Shown here: positions 11,051-21,550 of the stretch, piece after piece
Numbering within the stretch: position 1 is the first letter of the stretch
Layout: every line of letters starts with the position of its first letter
Assembly (NCBI RefSeq): GCF_001194135.2
Contig: NC_068984.1
Location: forward strand, 106,644,358-106,700,861
Direction of reading: 5' to 3'
Source: Octopus bimaculoides
Taxonomy: Eukaryota
Length of the DNA: 56,504 nucleotides
The notes under the pieces: model-generated
The model's database searches: none
Told to the model about the DNA's origin: nothing
Seen by the model: the letters and a program-made list of their open reading frames with translations, nothing else
Program-made: the position numbers and the translations under genes

Positions 11051-13018
11051 AGTCGAGTATAACATTCTGACGGTAAATTGCTAGTAAAGAGGTTATGGAA
11101 TGATAATTAGAATACTTTGATTCATTCACGATGCTTTTAAGCTAAGCAAAACCTACTTACTCACAGCACTATTCTTAATATATATGGGAGTTATTAAGAA
11201 ATAGCCTAACTAACTTGCATTTAACATTACTTATCTATCATTTTCATATCAGTTTTCATTTGCTTTTGCTTTGAAAGTGGAATATTTACTGTTAGTAAGT
11301 TCGATATTGAATATATATTTTAATTATATGCTCCTGTAGAGATCAGAAAACTTGGAATTCTAGGAAAAGAGACAGTGGGAAAATATGAAATATGAAAAAA
11401 AAAAAGAAGTGAAAAACGAAATGTCGAGTTAAAAAGTGTTTTTGTCGTACTTCAGATTAAATTTCAGGGATACTACACTGCAATGATATCTTTCACCTTT
11501 ACATTAGAACCAGAAAGTTATTTAGTTCTTTCTTTCAATTGTTTGTTGTAGTTGCATTACGTGAGTTTATTTATCTTGTACAAATGTTTGCATTCTCTCC
11601 CGCATTCATCTTCCGAGGTCATCATCACATGTCCTTTTGAGATGTGGAGACAACTAATTTCAATTGTTCGTCGGTTCAAACCGACCTGAATGATGTCCTT
11701 TGAATCGTAAAATACAGTTATTGTGAACTGTCTATTCACCATTTCTTCAACAATAGTATTGCACTTTTTCAAAGCTAACTGATATATTGCAGATTAAGAA
11801 AAACATGTTATGATACTATCGCATTTTTGTTTAGCTTGGTATTCACGATTCTATTTAATGACTAATTCACTCGTGAGTGCGAATAATTCTGTAATTTACT
11901 TTCAATAACAGACTTAGATTTGCTATAACCACGAAAAGCTTCATAAGTTTAATAGTTTTAAATGAGAAAATCTCCAGTGATTGTATGTTTTTAAATCGAA
12001 TGATCGATGGACACCATTTATGAACTTACTAGTTTGATACAGGAATTCTGTTTAATTGCTTTCATTGGTTGCTCCAATGAACTTTCGTTTTACTCATATA
12101 ATGAAAATTATTCTCGCTCCATACAAATTAATTATTTCTAACTTAGTTATCAAGATAGGTCCATCAAAGATTTCTATTCTGATAAGAATTTGCAAAATCT
12201 ATTAGGATATTGCTTACGGCATCTTATATATCAACTTAAGTATAGCTCATATTTTCTGTACCATATATAAAATGCGTGTTTTCTTACATTCACAGTCTAT
12301 TCATCGTTATCTTCCTCATATTAACCCCTATGTCAGTGACATCGTAATATACACATAGGAACTATCAGCAGAACAAGGCAGTGGTTTCATCGATGCACGG
12401 ACGCATACATAAAGCAAATCGTTCCCATACTTCTTATATGTCCAGAGTGCTTCTGAATAAAAAGATGTTGCACGTGAGGTTATTACATCCAGGGTTCATG
12501 AGTTTAATATATCGTTTTGAATTTTTCCTTTTGTCGACATTAAGTGACAGAGTTATAAGAGTAAGATTCCTCGAAAAAGCCATATTTTGATTAGGTGAAA
12601 CTGCTTTCTGAGAAGGATCATCTTTGATGTAGCTCTAGGAATGGAATCATTTAACATCTCAGTAGATATGTTAAGTGAAATTTCAAAATAAAACAGTTAT
12701 CGATGTAAAACTCACAGATCGCAGGGAAGTGTCATATTAATCATGAATAGAAATAGAAAACAAGGTAGATACAAAAAAAGAATGCAGAAATGAACATAGC
12801 GACGAAAAAGTGTATGGCCCTTAAAACAAAAAAAAAAAAAACATAGGTAAAAAGAAAAAAAAAATCTTGAGGAGAATATCTGGAAGTAAACGAAGATTTA
12901 GGAGTTTTAAACTCTTCTTGGTATGCGATTGAAATTTTAGTGAGGTAAACTGTGAGAAGAAAATGTAAGGAATGAAACTAATATATGATTTTCCTTAGGA
13001 TTTTTCTTTTATTCTTTT

Positions 13019-13230
13019 TTTCTTTTCCTTGTTTCAGTCAATTGACTGCAGCCATGCTGGAGCACCTCCTTTAGTCTAACAAATCGACCCCAGGACTTAT
13101 TTCTTGTAAGCCTAGTACTTATTCTATCGGTCTCTTTTGCGGAACCGCTATTGAACCGAGATGTTAACACACCAACATTGGTGTCAAACGGTGATGGGAA
13201 AACAAATACAGACACAAATAATTGCATATG

Positions 13231-13261
<31 letters not shown>

Positions 13262-13415
13262 AGACTGGTGTCTTTCAGTTTCCGTCTACCAAATCCATTC
13301 ACAAGGCTTTGGTCGGCCCGAGGCATTAGTAGAAGACATTTGCTCAAGGTGCCACGCAGTAGGACTGAACGCAGAACCATGTGGTTGGGAATCAAGCTTT
13401 TTACTACTCTAGCGC
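13019..13415 (-). mobile_element. Composite SINE family B: tRNA head + internal (TA)n + C module
   Basis: C module at 13019-13215, (TA)n at ~13233-13260, head module at 13262-13415; the same order recurs at 18.1-18.5 kb and 24.5-24.8 kb. Confidence 0.85.
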
Positions 13416-14869
13416 ATATGTCAGCAACGTAAAGAAACTTAATGTCCATAATCATAAATCAAAATTCGCCGCGGAGTCTACACATAATATATGATTAATA
13501 ATAGCTGCCACAGTTAAGTCTGTTAGAAATTTACATTTATTTCAAATATAGAACGGATAAAAATATTTTATTATAAATATATTTATACTTCTGAATGTAT
13601 AAGTAAAATACATAAATACGCTAATGGAGCTATGTTACTTCTTGTATGTCTCTAACACCTCTAAAAGCCTTCTCACATTTTTCTGAAGTCTCCGATCTCA
13701 CATCTTTGTACGATACAAAAGAACGTAGATATATGTCGAAGACATCATTGGAACTCAATACGTTAATTTTGTTATAATCGCTAAGTATAAAGAAGTATGA
13801 ATCAATATCCATTAATATTCCTGCTTTACGCCTAGAGAATTTGTTTTTCTTACTTTTAATGTTCCTCTTCAGCTTGAATCTGTTGTGCTTGCTCTGCTTT
13901 ATGTGTGTTCAATATTAGCAGCAATTTTTATCAAAATTTTACGAAAAACAGTTTTGAATATAATATCTACAGAAACATTATTGATTCAGTCAAATTGGTA
14001 TATAAGTCGATTCGATAATCCCATATTGTATTAGGCTGCTAAATTTTAGCTTTTCAATATAAAAACGTTTTAAGTCAGAACTTTTTACAATGTGATATTG
14101 GCAATTAAAGAATTTGTTAATATTATTTTTCTCATATTCTGGTTAACGAAAATAAATTTGGTGTATGAATTATTTCCTTGATCTTGTAACGTTATGGAAT
14201 ATTGTACGATTTCTTCAGCAGTAACGAGTAATATAATATTTATAGCAATGATTTAAATACCTTACGTCTGTGAATTTTAGAATTTGTACAATTTTATAAT
14301 TTTTTCCTTTTCTTTTTTACTTTGTATTAAAATGTTTTCTGAAACAAAATCAGTAAAAGATAAAAAAAAGTTTAAATTTTTGAGAAATGTTGAAAATAGA
14401 TCTAACATTGAGTTAGGAATATTTTAATTCATTATCACTTAATATTATTTGATATATTGGAATGGTGTTTAGGTGGTGGGTTATAAACGACACGCTAACA
14501 TGTAGAAACGACATTTATACAAGAACGGCATGGAGGTACATTTGATATATGAGAATTTTGCTTGTTGATAATGTTTGTTTAAAATTAGAATATTTTAAAG
14601 AAAACATGTTTGTAACAATTTCAGTACCTCATTATCTTCAAAATTGCAAATATAGAAAGAAAAGGTGGCATTGTTTATATAAAGATGAAAGATGAAAAGT
14701 ATGACTAGATTACGAGATCTTTACGATACATTTATCTAATCTGGTTGAATCCATGTAATTTTGCAAAGAAGTTATGAAATTTGTCTTACATTATTGATGA
14801 GCAAACGATATGATAGATATCCTAATGGATTTTCAGAAAATTATTTTCTATCTCTTTCACGTTCACTTA

Positions 14870-14875
<6 letters not shown>

Positions 14876-14922
<47 letters not shown>

Positions 14923-15936
14923 NNNNNNNNNNNNNNNNNNNNNNNNNNNNNNNNNNNNNNNNNNNNNNNNNNNNNNNNNNNNNNNNNNNNNNNNNNNNNN
15001 NNNNNNNNNNNNNNNNNNNNNNNNNNNNNNNNNNNNNNNNNNNNNNNNNNNNNNNNNNNNNNNNNNNNNNNNNNNNNNNNNNNNNNNNNNNNNNNNNNNN
15101 NNNNNNNNNNNNNNNNNNNNNNNNNNNNNNNNNNNNNNNNNNNNNNNNNNNNNNNNNNNNNNNNNNNNNNNNNNNNNNNNNNNNNNNNNNNNNNNNNNNN
15201 NNNNNNNNNNNNNNNNNNNNNNNNNNNNNNNNNNNNNNNNNNNNNNNNNNNNNNNNNNNNNNNNNNNNNNNNNNNNNNNNNNNNNNNNNNNNNNNNNNNN
15301 NNNNNNNNNNNNNNNNNNNNNNNNNNNNNNNNNNNNNNNNNNNNNNNNNNNNNNNNNNNNNNNNNNNNNNNNNNNNNNNNNNNNNNNNNNNNNNNNNNNN
15401 NNNNNNNNNNNNNNNNNNNNNNNNNNNNNNNNNNNNNNNNNNNNNNNNNNNNNNNNNNNNNNNNNNNNNNNNNNNNNNNNNNNNNNNNNNNNNNNNNNNN
15501 NNNNNNNNNNNNNNNNNNNNNNNNNNNNNNNNNNNNNNNNNNNNNNNNNNNNNNNNNNNNNNNNNNNNNNNNNNNNNNNNNNNNNNNNNNNNNNNNNNNN
15601 NNNNNNNNNNNNNNNNNNNNNNNNNNNNNNNATATATGTATATATATATATGTATATATATGTATATATATATGTATATACATGTATATATATATATATA
15701 TATATGTATATATTTATATATGTATATATATATATATGTATACATATATATATGTATATGTATATATGTATATATACATATGTATATATACATATGTGTA
15801 TATATGTATATATATATGTATATATATATGTATATATATATATATATATATTTGTATATATATATGTATATATATGTATGTATACATATGTATATATATG
15901 TATATATATATGTATACATATGTATGTATATATATG

Positions 15937-15967
<31 letters not shown>

Positions 15968-16150
15968 GTATATATATGTATATATATATGCATATATAAA
16001 TATATATATGTATACATATATGTTTATATATATATGTATATATATATATATATGTGTGTATATATATGTATATATATATATATAGTACATATATGTATAA
16101 ATACACATATATATGTATATATATATTTGTGTATATATATATATATATTT
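14876..16150. repeat. (CA)n, gap and long compound (TA)n/(TATG)n low-complexity array
   Basis: Direct; gap at 14923-15630. Confidence 0.95.
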
Positions 16151-16714
16151 ATGTATTTGTTATTTATAAGGCACTATTCTAAATACATCTCTTTCTAAAT
16201 ATCACGTTATGACAGATTTCTTTCTCATGCAAAAAATCCTCGACGAATATTTCTGAAATATATGTTAACGAAGAAAGAATTAACATACTGCTTCAGCGAT
16301 CTAAATTTAAACATGATGCTGTACACCTTTAAATTTGGTATGAGTTGTCCTTTACGAACGATTTGAAAGAGATCTTAAGCGATTCTGACAGTAATTTCAC
16401 TCAGGTACTTACTAAAGAAGGAACGTTCAATTGATGCCTTGACAGCATAAAATGATAGGCAAAAAAGCAATTAAAAGGAACATCGCATAAATGCTTGAGC
16501 AAATAATGTGTATCAACGTAAAATAGACAAATTGACTTTAAAAGTCTTTATTGCGGAGTTATTTCACGAGGAGAACAGTTATGTACATTTTAGAAGGACA
16601 CGAGAGTTGTGATTTTCAGTTAAAGATGGAAGTTAGATGATTGTTAGTTTTGTTATTAGCAAAAGATTCTAATTTCAACGGTTGATTATATTATTATTAT
16701 TCATTATTCTCTTA

Positions 16715-16925
16715 TTCTTTTACATGTTTCAGTCATTTGACAGCGGCCATGCTGCAGCACCGCCTTTTAGTCAGAGAAATCGACCTCAGGACTTATTCTA
16801 ATAAAAGCCTGGCATTTATTCAATCGGTTCTTTGACGAACCGTTAAGTTTTGGAGACGTAGACACACCAAAATCGGTTGTCAAGCGATGGTGGGGGGACA
16901 TGTATATACATATACAACACAGCAC
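16715..16925 (-). mobile_element. SINE family B, C module
   Basis: TGTTTCAGTCATTTGACAGCGGCCATGCTGCAGCACCGCC...ATCGGTTGTCAAGCGATGGTGGGGGGAC matches the other C modules. Confidence 0.85.
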
Positions 16926-17029
16926 CACGCAAACACCAGCACTGACCAATTCTCATCCTCACATTTTCACACCTTCACACCTACATACACACATGCATAC
17001 GTTAAGATCACCAGCTTTCTCTCACACAC

Positions 17030-17293
17030 ATGCACCTTCGTTTTGGGATCACTAGTTCTTTATTATCTCCCCTTCTGCTTAACTCTCCTGGGTGATCCTT
17101 CTGTCCGGCATTCGCCATGATAGATCGCTGACCACTACACTTATATTTTTTTCTCTCCTTGTTTCTCTCCATGTTTCTTTCTGTGTTGCTTTCTATTGAA
17201 GAGCGTAGGATCGAAACGTTAAAGACTTTCTCTATTCCCGAGCGTTATACTAATACATTCATTTGTTGTTTACACCACCTGTCTTCGTATGTT
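17030..17293 (+). mobile_element. Penelope-like 3' end/pLTR fragment with degenerate hammerhead motif (17189-17224)
   Basis: cuuu-CUAUUGA-A-GAGC-guag-GAUC-GAA-ACGU-U-aaag followed by CCCGAGCGTTATACTAATACATTC, which is shared with the 7.8 and 19.5 kb copies. Confidence 0.6.
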
Positions 17294-17462
17294 NNNNNNN
17301 NNNNNNNNNNNNNNNNNNNNNNNNNNNNNNNNNNNNNNNNNNNNNNNNNNNNNNNNNNNNNNNNNNNNNNNNNNNNNNNNNNNNNNNNNNNNNNNNNNNN
17401 NNNNNNNNNNNNNNNNNNNNNNNNNNNNNNNNTATATATATATATATATATATGTATGCGTG

Positions 17463-17504
<42 letters not shown>

Positions 17505-17508
<4 letters not shown>

Positions 17509-17640
17509 CACAACAGCCTTCTTCCAGTTTAAATCTACAAAATCCACTCAAAAAGCATTGGTCGACCCGATGCTATAGTGGAAGACACTTTCCCAAGTTG
17601 TTGGGAAGCAAGCTTGTTAACACACAGCCACGCCTGCGCT
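17505..17640 (-). mobile_element. SINE family B head module, internally deleted
   Basis: CAGTTT..TCTACAAAATCCACTCA..GGTCGACCCG..CTATAGTGGAAGACACTT..AGCAAGCTT..ACACAGCCACGCCTGCGC. Confidence 0.8.
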
Positions 17641-18077
17641 TATTATATGAAAACTAGACTTGCACTCATGCAGCATATTGAGACATGCAAAACACTTTTG
17701 TTACCGAACGAAAAGTTCTGAAATATTTCTATATACACACACGCAAGTACACCCCTTATGAACACATACATATGTATATCATTGAAGGTTATCGCTACAG
17801 ATTTTCAACAGAAAATTATAGCCAGCAATGATTTTGTTACGATGTATATAAAAACGTTTAATATACATTGTAGCATATGGTTGCATAACGAAATACGTTG
17901 TCTATACGGGTTATATATATATATATATATAAAGCAGCATTTATAAAATAGATGGAAAGAGTAACAGATTTTATTGGGTATGACACATGTATATAAGTAT
18001 TTGGATCGATTTCATACGCTAAACATATCAAGGCAGTGTGTCATTATGGCTGCAGTTGAATCACCGAAGACAGAAAT

Positions 18078-18540
18078 TTCTTACATGTTTCAGTCAGTAG
18101 ACTGCGGTCAAACTGGGGCACCGTCTTGAAATATTTTAGTCGAACGAATTGACCCACTACTTATTTTTTTAAGTCCGGTACATATTCCACCAGTCTATTT
18201 TGCTGAACTACTAAGTTACAGGAACATAAACATATCAAAACCGGTTGTCAAGTGGTGGTGGTGAAGAAACACAGACTTGAAGACACACACACGCACAAAC
18301 AAAAACACTCACACATACACATTCTCTTTCTCTCTCACACACACACGCAAACACACTCACACACGCACGCCTTCTCACTCTCTCGACGGGCTTCTTTCAG
18401 TTTCCGCCTACCGCATCCACTCAAAAGACTTTGGTTGGACCGAAGTTATAGTAGGAAATACTTGCTCAATATGCAAAGCATTGAGATTGAAGCTGGAGCC
18501 CTGTAGTTGGGAAGCAAATCTTATCACACAGCCAAGCCCA
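18078..18540 (-). mobile_element. Composite SINE family B (C module + (CA)n-rich spacer + head)
   Basis: Both modules, in the same order as the 13.0-13.4 kb copy. Confidence 0.8.
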
Positions 18541-18684
18541 ATTAGAAAATAAGATTATATTAATGCATGGTACTGCAACCGAAATATTTAATTGTTTGTA
18601 CTTTTGCATAATTGTATACTCTACCAACAATTTGTCGCACATTTCTATTTCTCTTATGCTACTGTCAAATTGTAAAGCCCAAAT

Positions 18685-19085
18685 AAGGCGGTGAGCTGAC
18701 AGAACCGTTAGCACGCCGGGCGAAACGCTTAGTGGTATTTCATCTGCCGCTACGTTCTGAGTTCAAATTCTGCCGATGTTGACTTTGCCTTTCATCCTTT
18801 CGGGGTCGATAAATTAAGTACCAGTTACGCACTTGGGTCGATGTAATCGAATTAATCCGTTCGTCTGTTCTTGTTTGTTCCCTCTATGTTTAGCCCCTTG
18901 TGGGCAATAACGAAATAGGTATTTCTTCTGTCTTTACGTCCTGAGTTCAAATATCACCGAGCTCAACTTGACCTTTCATCCTTTCGTGGTTGATAAATTA
19001 AGTACCAGTTGCGTACAGGGGTCGTTCTAATCGACTGGCCCTCTCCCCCAAAATTTCGGGCCTTTTTCCCAGAGTAGAAAAGAAT
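18685..19085 (+). mobile_element. Dimeric SINE family A
   Basis: Full head+body at 18685-~18915, then a second headless body unit (GGTATTTC...GAGTTCAAAT...CCTTTCATCC...AAGTACCAG...CCCCAAAATTTCGGGCC...AGTAGAAAAGAAT). Confidence 0.9.
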
Positions 19086-19429
19086 TTGTGACGCCCATTG
19101 TACGTTTTCATTTGGGTGATGATTAGGAAGTATGTTTAAGAATGTGATCATAGATAATAGGAAGTATATGGTATAACTTTAATTAGAGAAGTAATTCGAA
19201 AAAAGAAGAAGCATTATTTAAATAAGAAAAACTAAATAAAGGATTTTTTTCTGAGGACCATCTTTACAAGAAAGCCTTGAATAACATGAGAAATTAGAAA
19301 GCAATACGAACAAAACCTAAGAGATACAATGCATTTGCTGATTATTTTGTCTTAAGAAAATTATGATAAAGCGATAATGTTTAAAATATTGTTGTATTCA
19401 CCATGTTGAACTGTTACTCCCTACACATA

Positions 19430-19605
19430 TTTTCTCTCTCCGTTTTTCCACTCTCCATTGTTTTTTCTCTCAGTACTTTCTTTCGAAGAGCTCAGGCTAG
19501 AAACGTCCAAGACTTTTCCATTCTCCCGAGTGATAAACTAATATAGCTGCTTGTTGTTCTTTCACCTATCTTCGTTCTTTATTTTCTGTAAATCTGAATT
19601 ATATG
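19430..19605 (+). mobile_element. Penelope-like pLTR fragment with degenerate hammerhead motif (19476-19512)
   Basis: cuuu-CUUUCGA-A-GAGC-ucag-GCUA-GAA-ACGU-C-caag followed by CCCGAGTGATAAACTAATA; paralogue of the 17.2 kb copy. Confidence 0.5.
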
Positions 19606-19608
19606 TAT

Positions 19609-19934
19609 ATTCAAAAGCGATGAACCGATTTAATTACGCAATATTTTAATAAAGAAAGCAATCTTTTATATATCCCCACAAGAAAAAAAAATCACTAACA
19701 TCGAATAACAATAGCGATCAACTCAGTGGATCGTGATATACTGATATGCGTGTGGGAGGAATTTTTTTATCGCATTGATGTTGCCCGTGCTGCAGGTGGA
19801 AGCCACATTGAACACTTGTAAGACAGGAAATAAAAGTTGATTGTGAGTAAATACTTGTGACTTAGCTGGAGTTTTCTATTGCCTTTCCTTATTAAAATAT
19901 TGCGTAATTAAATCGGTTCATTCTTTTTTTATAT
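19609..19934 (+). mobile_element. MITE-sized Tc1/mariner deletion derivative
   Basis: About 43-bp inverted repeats (19620-19662 / 19878-19921) in TA context. The interior encodes RITIAINSVDRDILICVWEEFFYRIDVARAAGGSHIEHL*, a typical Tc1/mariner transposase C-terminus. Confidence 0.85.
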
Positions 19935-20102
19935 ACATACTAGACTACTTGTGACCCGATGGGTCACCTGGAAAGTCTGAGTTTCCCAGCAACGGAGTTT
20001 TGTTTCGTGTTTTTTTTTTCTTTGCCATGTTATTTTGCATGCTTTCAACGAATGTGACAACGAAATCACGCGTAAACGGCTCCTTTTCTCAGAAAAGGAA
20101 AG

Positions 20103-20213
20103 ATTTGGCTGTTGTTTCTTGCACTCCTTGCTACCACGTAACAGATATTTCGGGGCATTTATCGAAAAGAGATGTTACGTGGTAGCAGGGCGTGCTAGAA
20201 ATAGCAGCCAAAT
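20103..20213. repeat. 111-nt hairpin (41-bp arms, 5 mismatches)
   Basis: Arms 20103-20143 and 20173-20213 compared base by base. Confidence 0.9.
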
Positions 20214-20325
20214 GTTTGGAGATGAGATACATTGAATGCACTCGAAAACGTTTTTGCAATAGTACTCCCTTGGGGCGATTTTTCGGTTTGACTCTCAGAA
20301 CTGTAATCCGGTTCAGCTGGTTTTG

Positions 20326-20424
20326 TTCGTTAATTTCCGTAATTTTTTTCTTTTTATTTACTTTTGTTTTAAAGTGAAAGAGAGGAATTAGTGAAAGATG
20401 TATGAACGTGTATATGAAATGGAC

Positions 20425-20457
<33 letters not shown>

Positions 20458-20770
20458 TATGTGAGAGAAAAGGTGCCACTTACACCTACATGAGAGCACC
20501 CACATTCACTCATTCTCTCTCTCTCGCACTCACACACACATGCACACATAGATAAAAAAAGATGTACGCATATGATTAATATATGTGCGTACTCACTCTC
20601 TTTCCTTCTCTCTCTCTTTTTCACACTCTCTCTCTTCCTCGCTCTCTGTCTCTCTTTCACACACACACACGTCCATTTCATATACACGTACATACACCTT
20701 TCACTTTCTCCTCTCTTTCACTTTAAAACGAAAGTAAATAAATAAAAAGTATTTTGCGGAAATTAACGAA
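20326..20770. repeat. Fold-back element with ~110-bp inverted arms around a low-complexity core
   Basis: TTCGTTAATTTCCG...TTTTAAAGTGAAAGAGAGG...CGTGTATATGAAATGGACGTGTGTG is mirrored at ~20659-20770. Confidence 0.85.
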
Positions 20771-20845
20771 TCCTGGATGATAAGCGAAAGATCGCCATTC
20801 ACAAGAAAATAATTAAAAAGATCACATATATAGGTGCGGGTGTAT

Positions 20846-20954
20846 GGGAAGGTAAAGTCAACCTCAGCGAAATTTTAACTCAGAACGTAAAGACGGACGA
20901 AATACTGTTAAGCATTTTCTCCGGTGTGCTAACGATTCTGCCAGCTCGTTGCCA
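20846..20954 (-). mobile_element. SINE family A, 5' half
   Basis: AAAGTCAACCTCAGCG...CTCAGAACGTAAAGACGGACGAAATAC...CTAACGATTCTGCCAGCTCG. Confidence 0.8.
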
Positions 20955-21504
20955 ATGGTATATATATATTTTTAAATACGCTGTATAGGAAAAAATGGAA
21001 AACATGAGTTTTATAATCTTTTTTCTGGATATATCATTTAAATATTATACACGTATATATACAATAGGTATTTAACTGTTTAAGCAATAGGTATTAAACT
21101 GTTTAAATGCTTATATTTAATATTGCATTATTATTGTATATAAGGGAACTGTCATATTAAAAATTAAATCAAGTTGAATCTGTAATAACTTTGCTCATGG
21201 GAAAATAATTTAGACAATAGATCATCCTGACTAGAAGTTGGAAAAGAAATTAAACATCTACTTATAAGACATTGCCACTTACTATGAAAGTAAATTATTT
21301 AGATGTAAATGAAGTTGAAGATACATCGCGATCAATACATCAGCGATCAAAATAATGAGTTTGCTTGCATGAAAATTCATATAATCGACGGAATCGGCAC
21401 CAATGTATTTTTCTAATCTAAATTCAACTCGAAGTAAGAAGAACATTTATATGTGTGTGTGCGCACATGTATGTGTACGTAAGTACACTCACACACATAC
21501 ACAC

Positions 21505-21550
<46 letters not shown>

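Noticed and set aside
12380-12745. Idea that in-frame stops in exon-like stretches are repaired by A-to-I editing
   Set aside because: No supporting evidence in the sequence and no recognised protein; multiple stops are better explained by non-coding DNA or decay.
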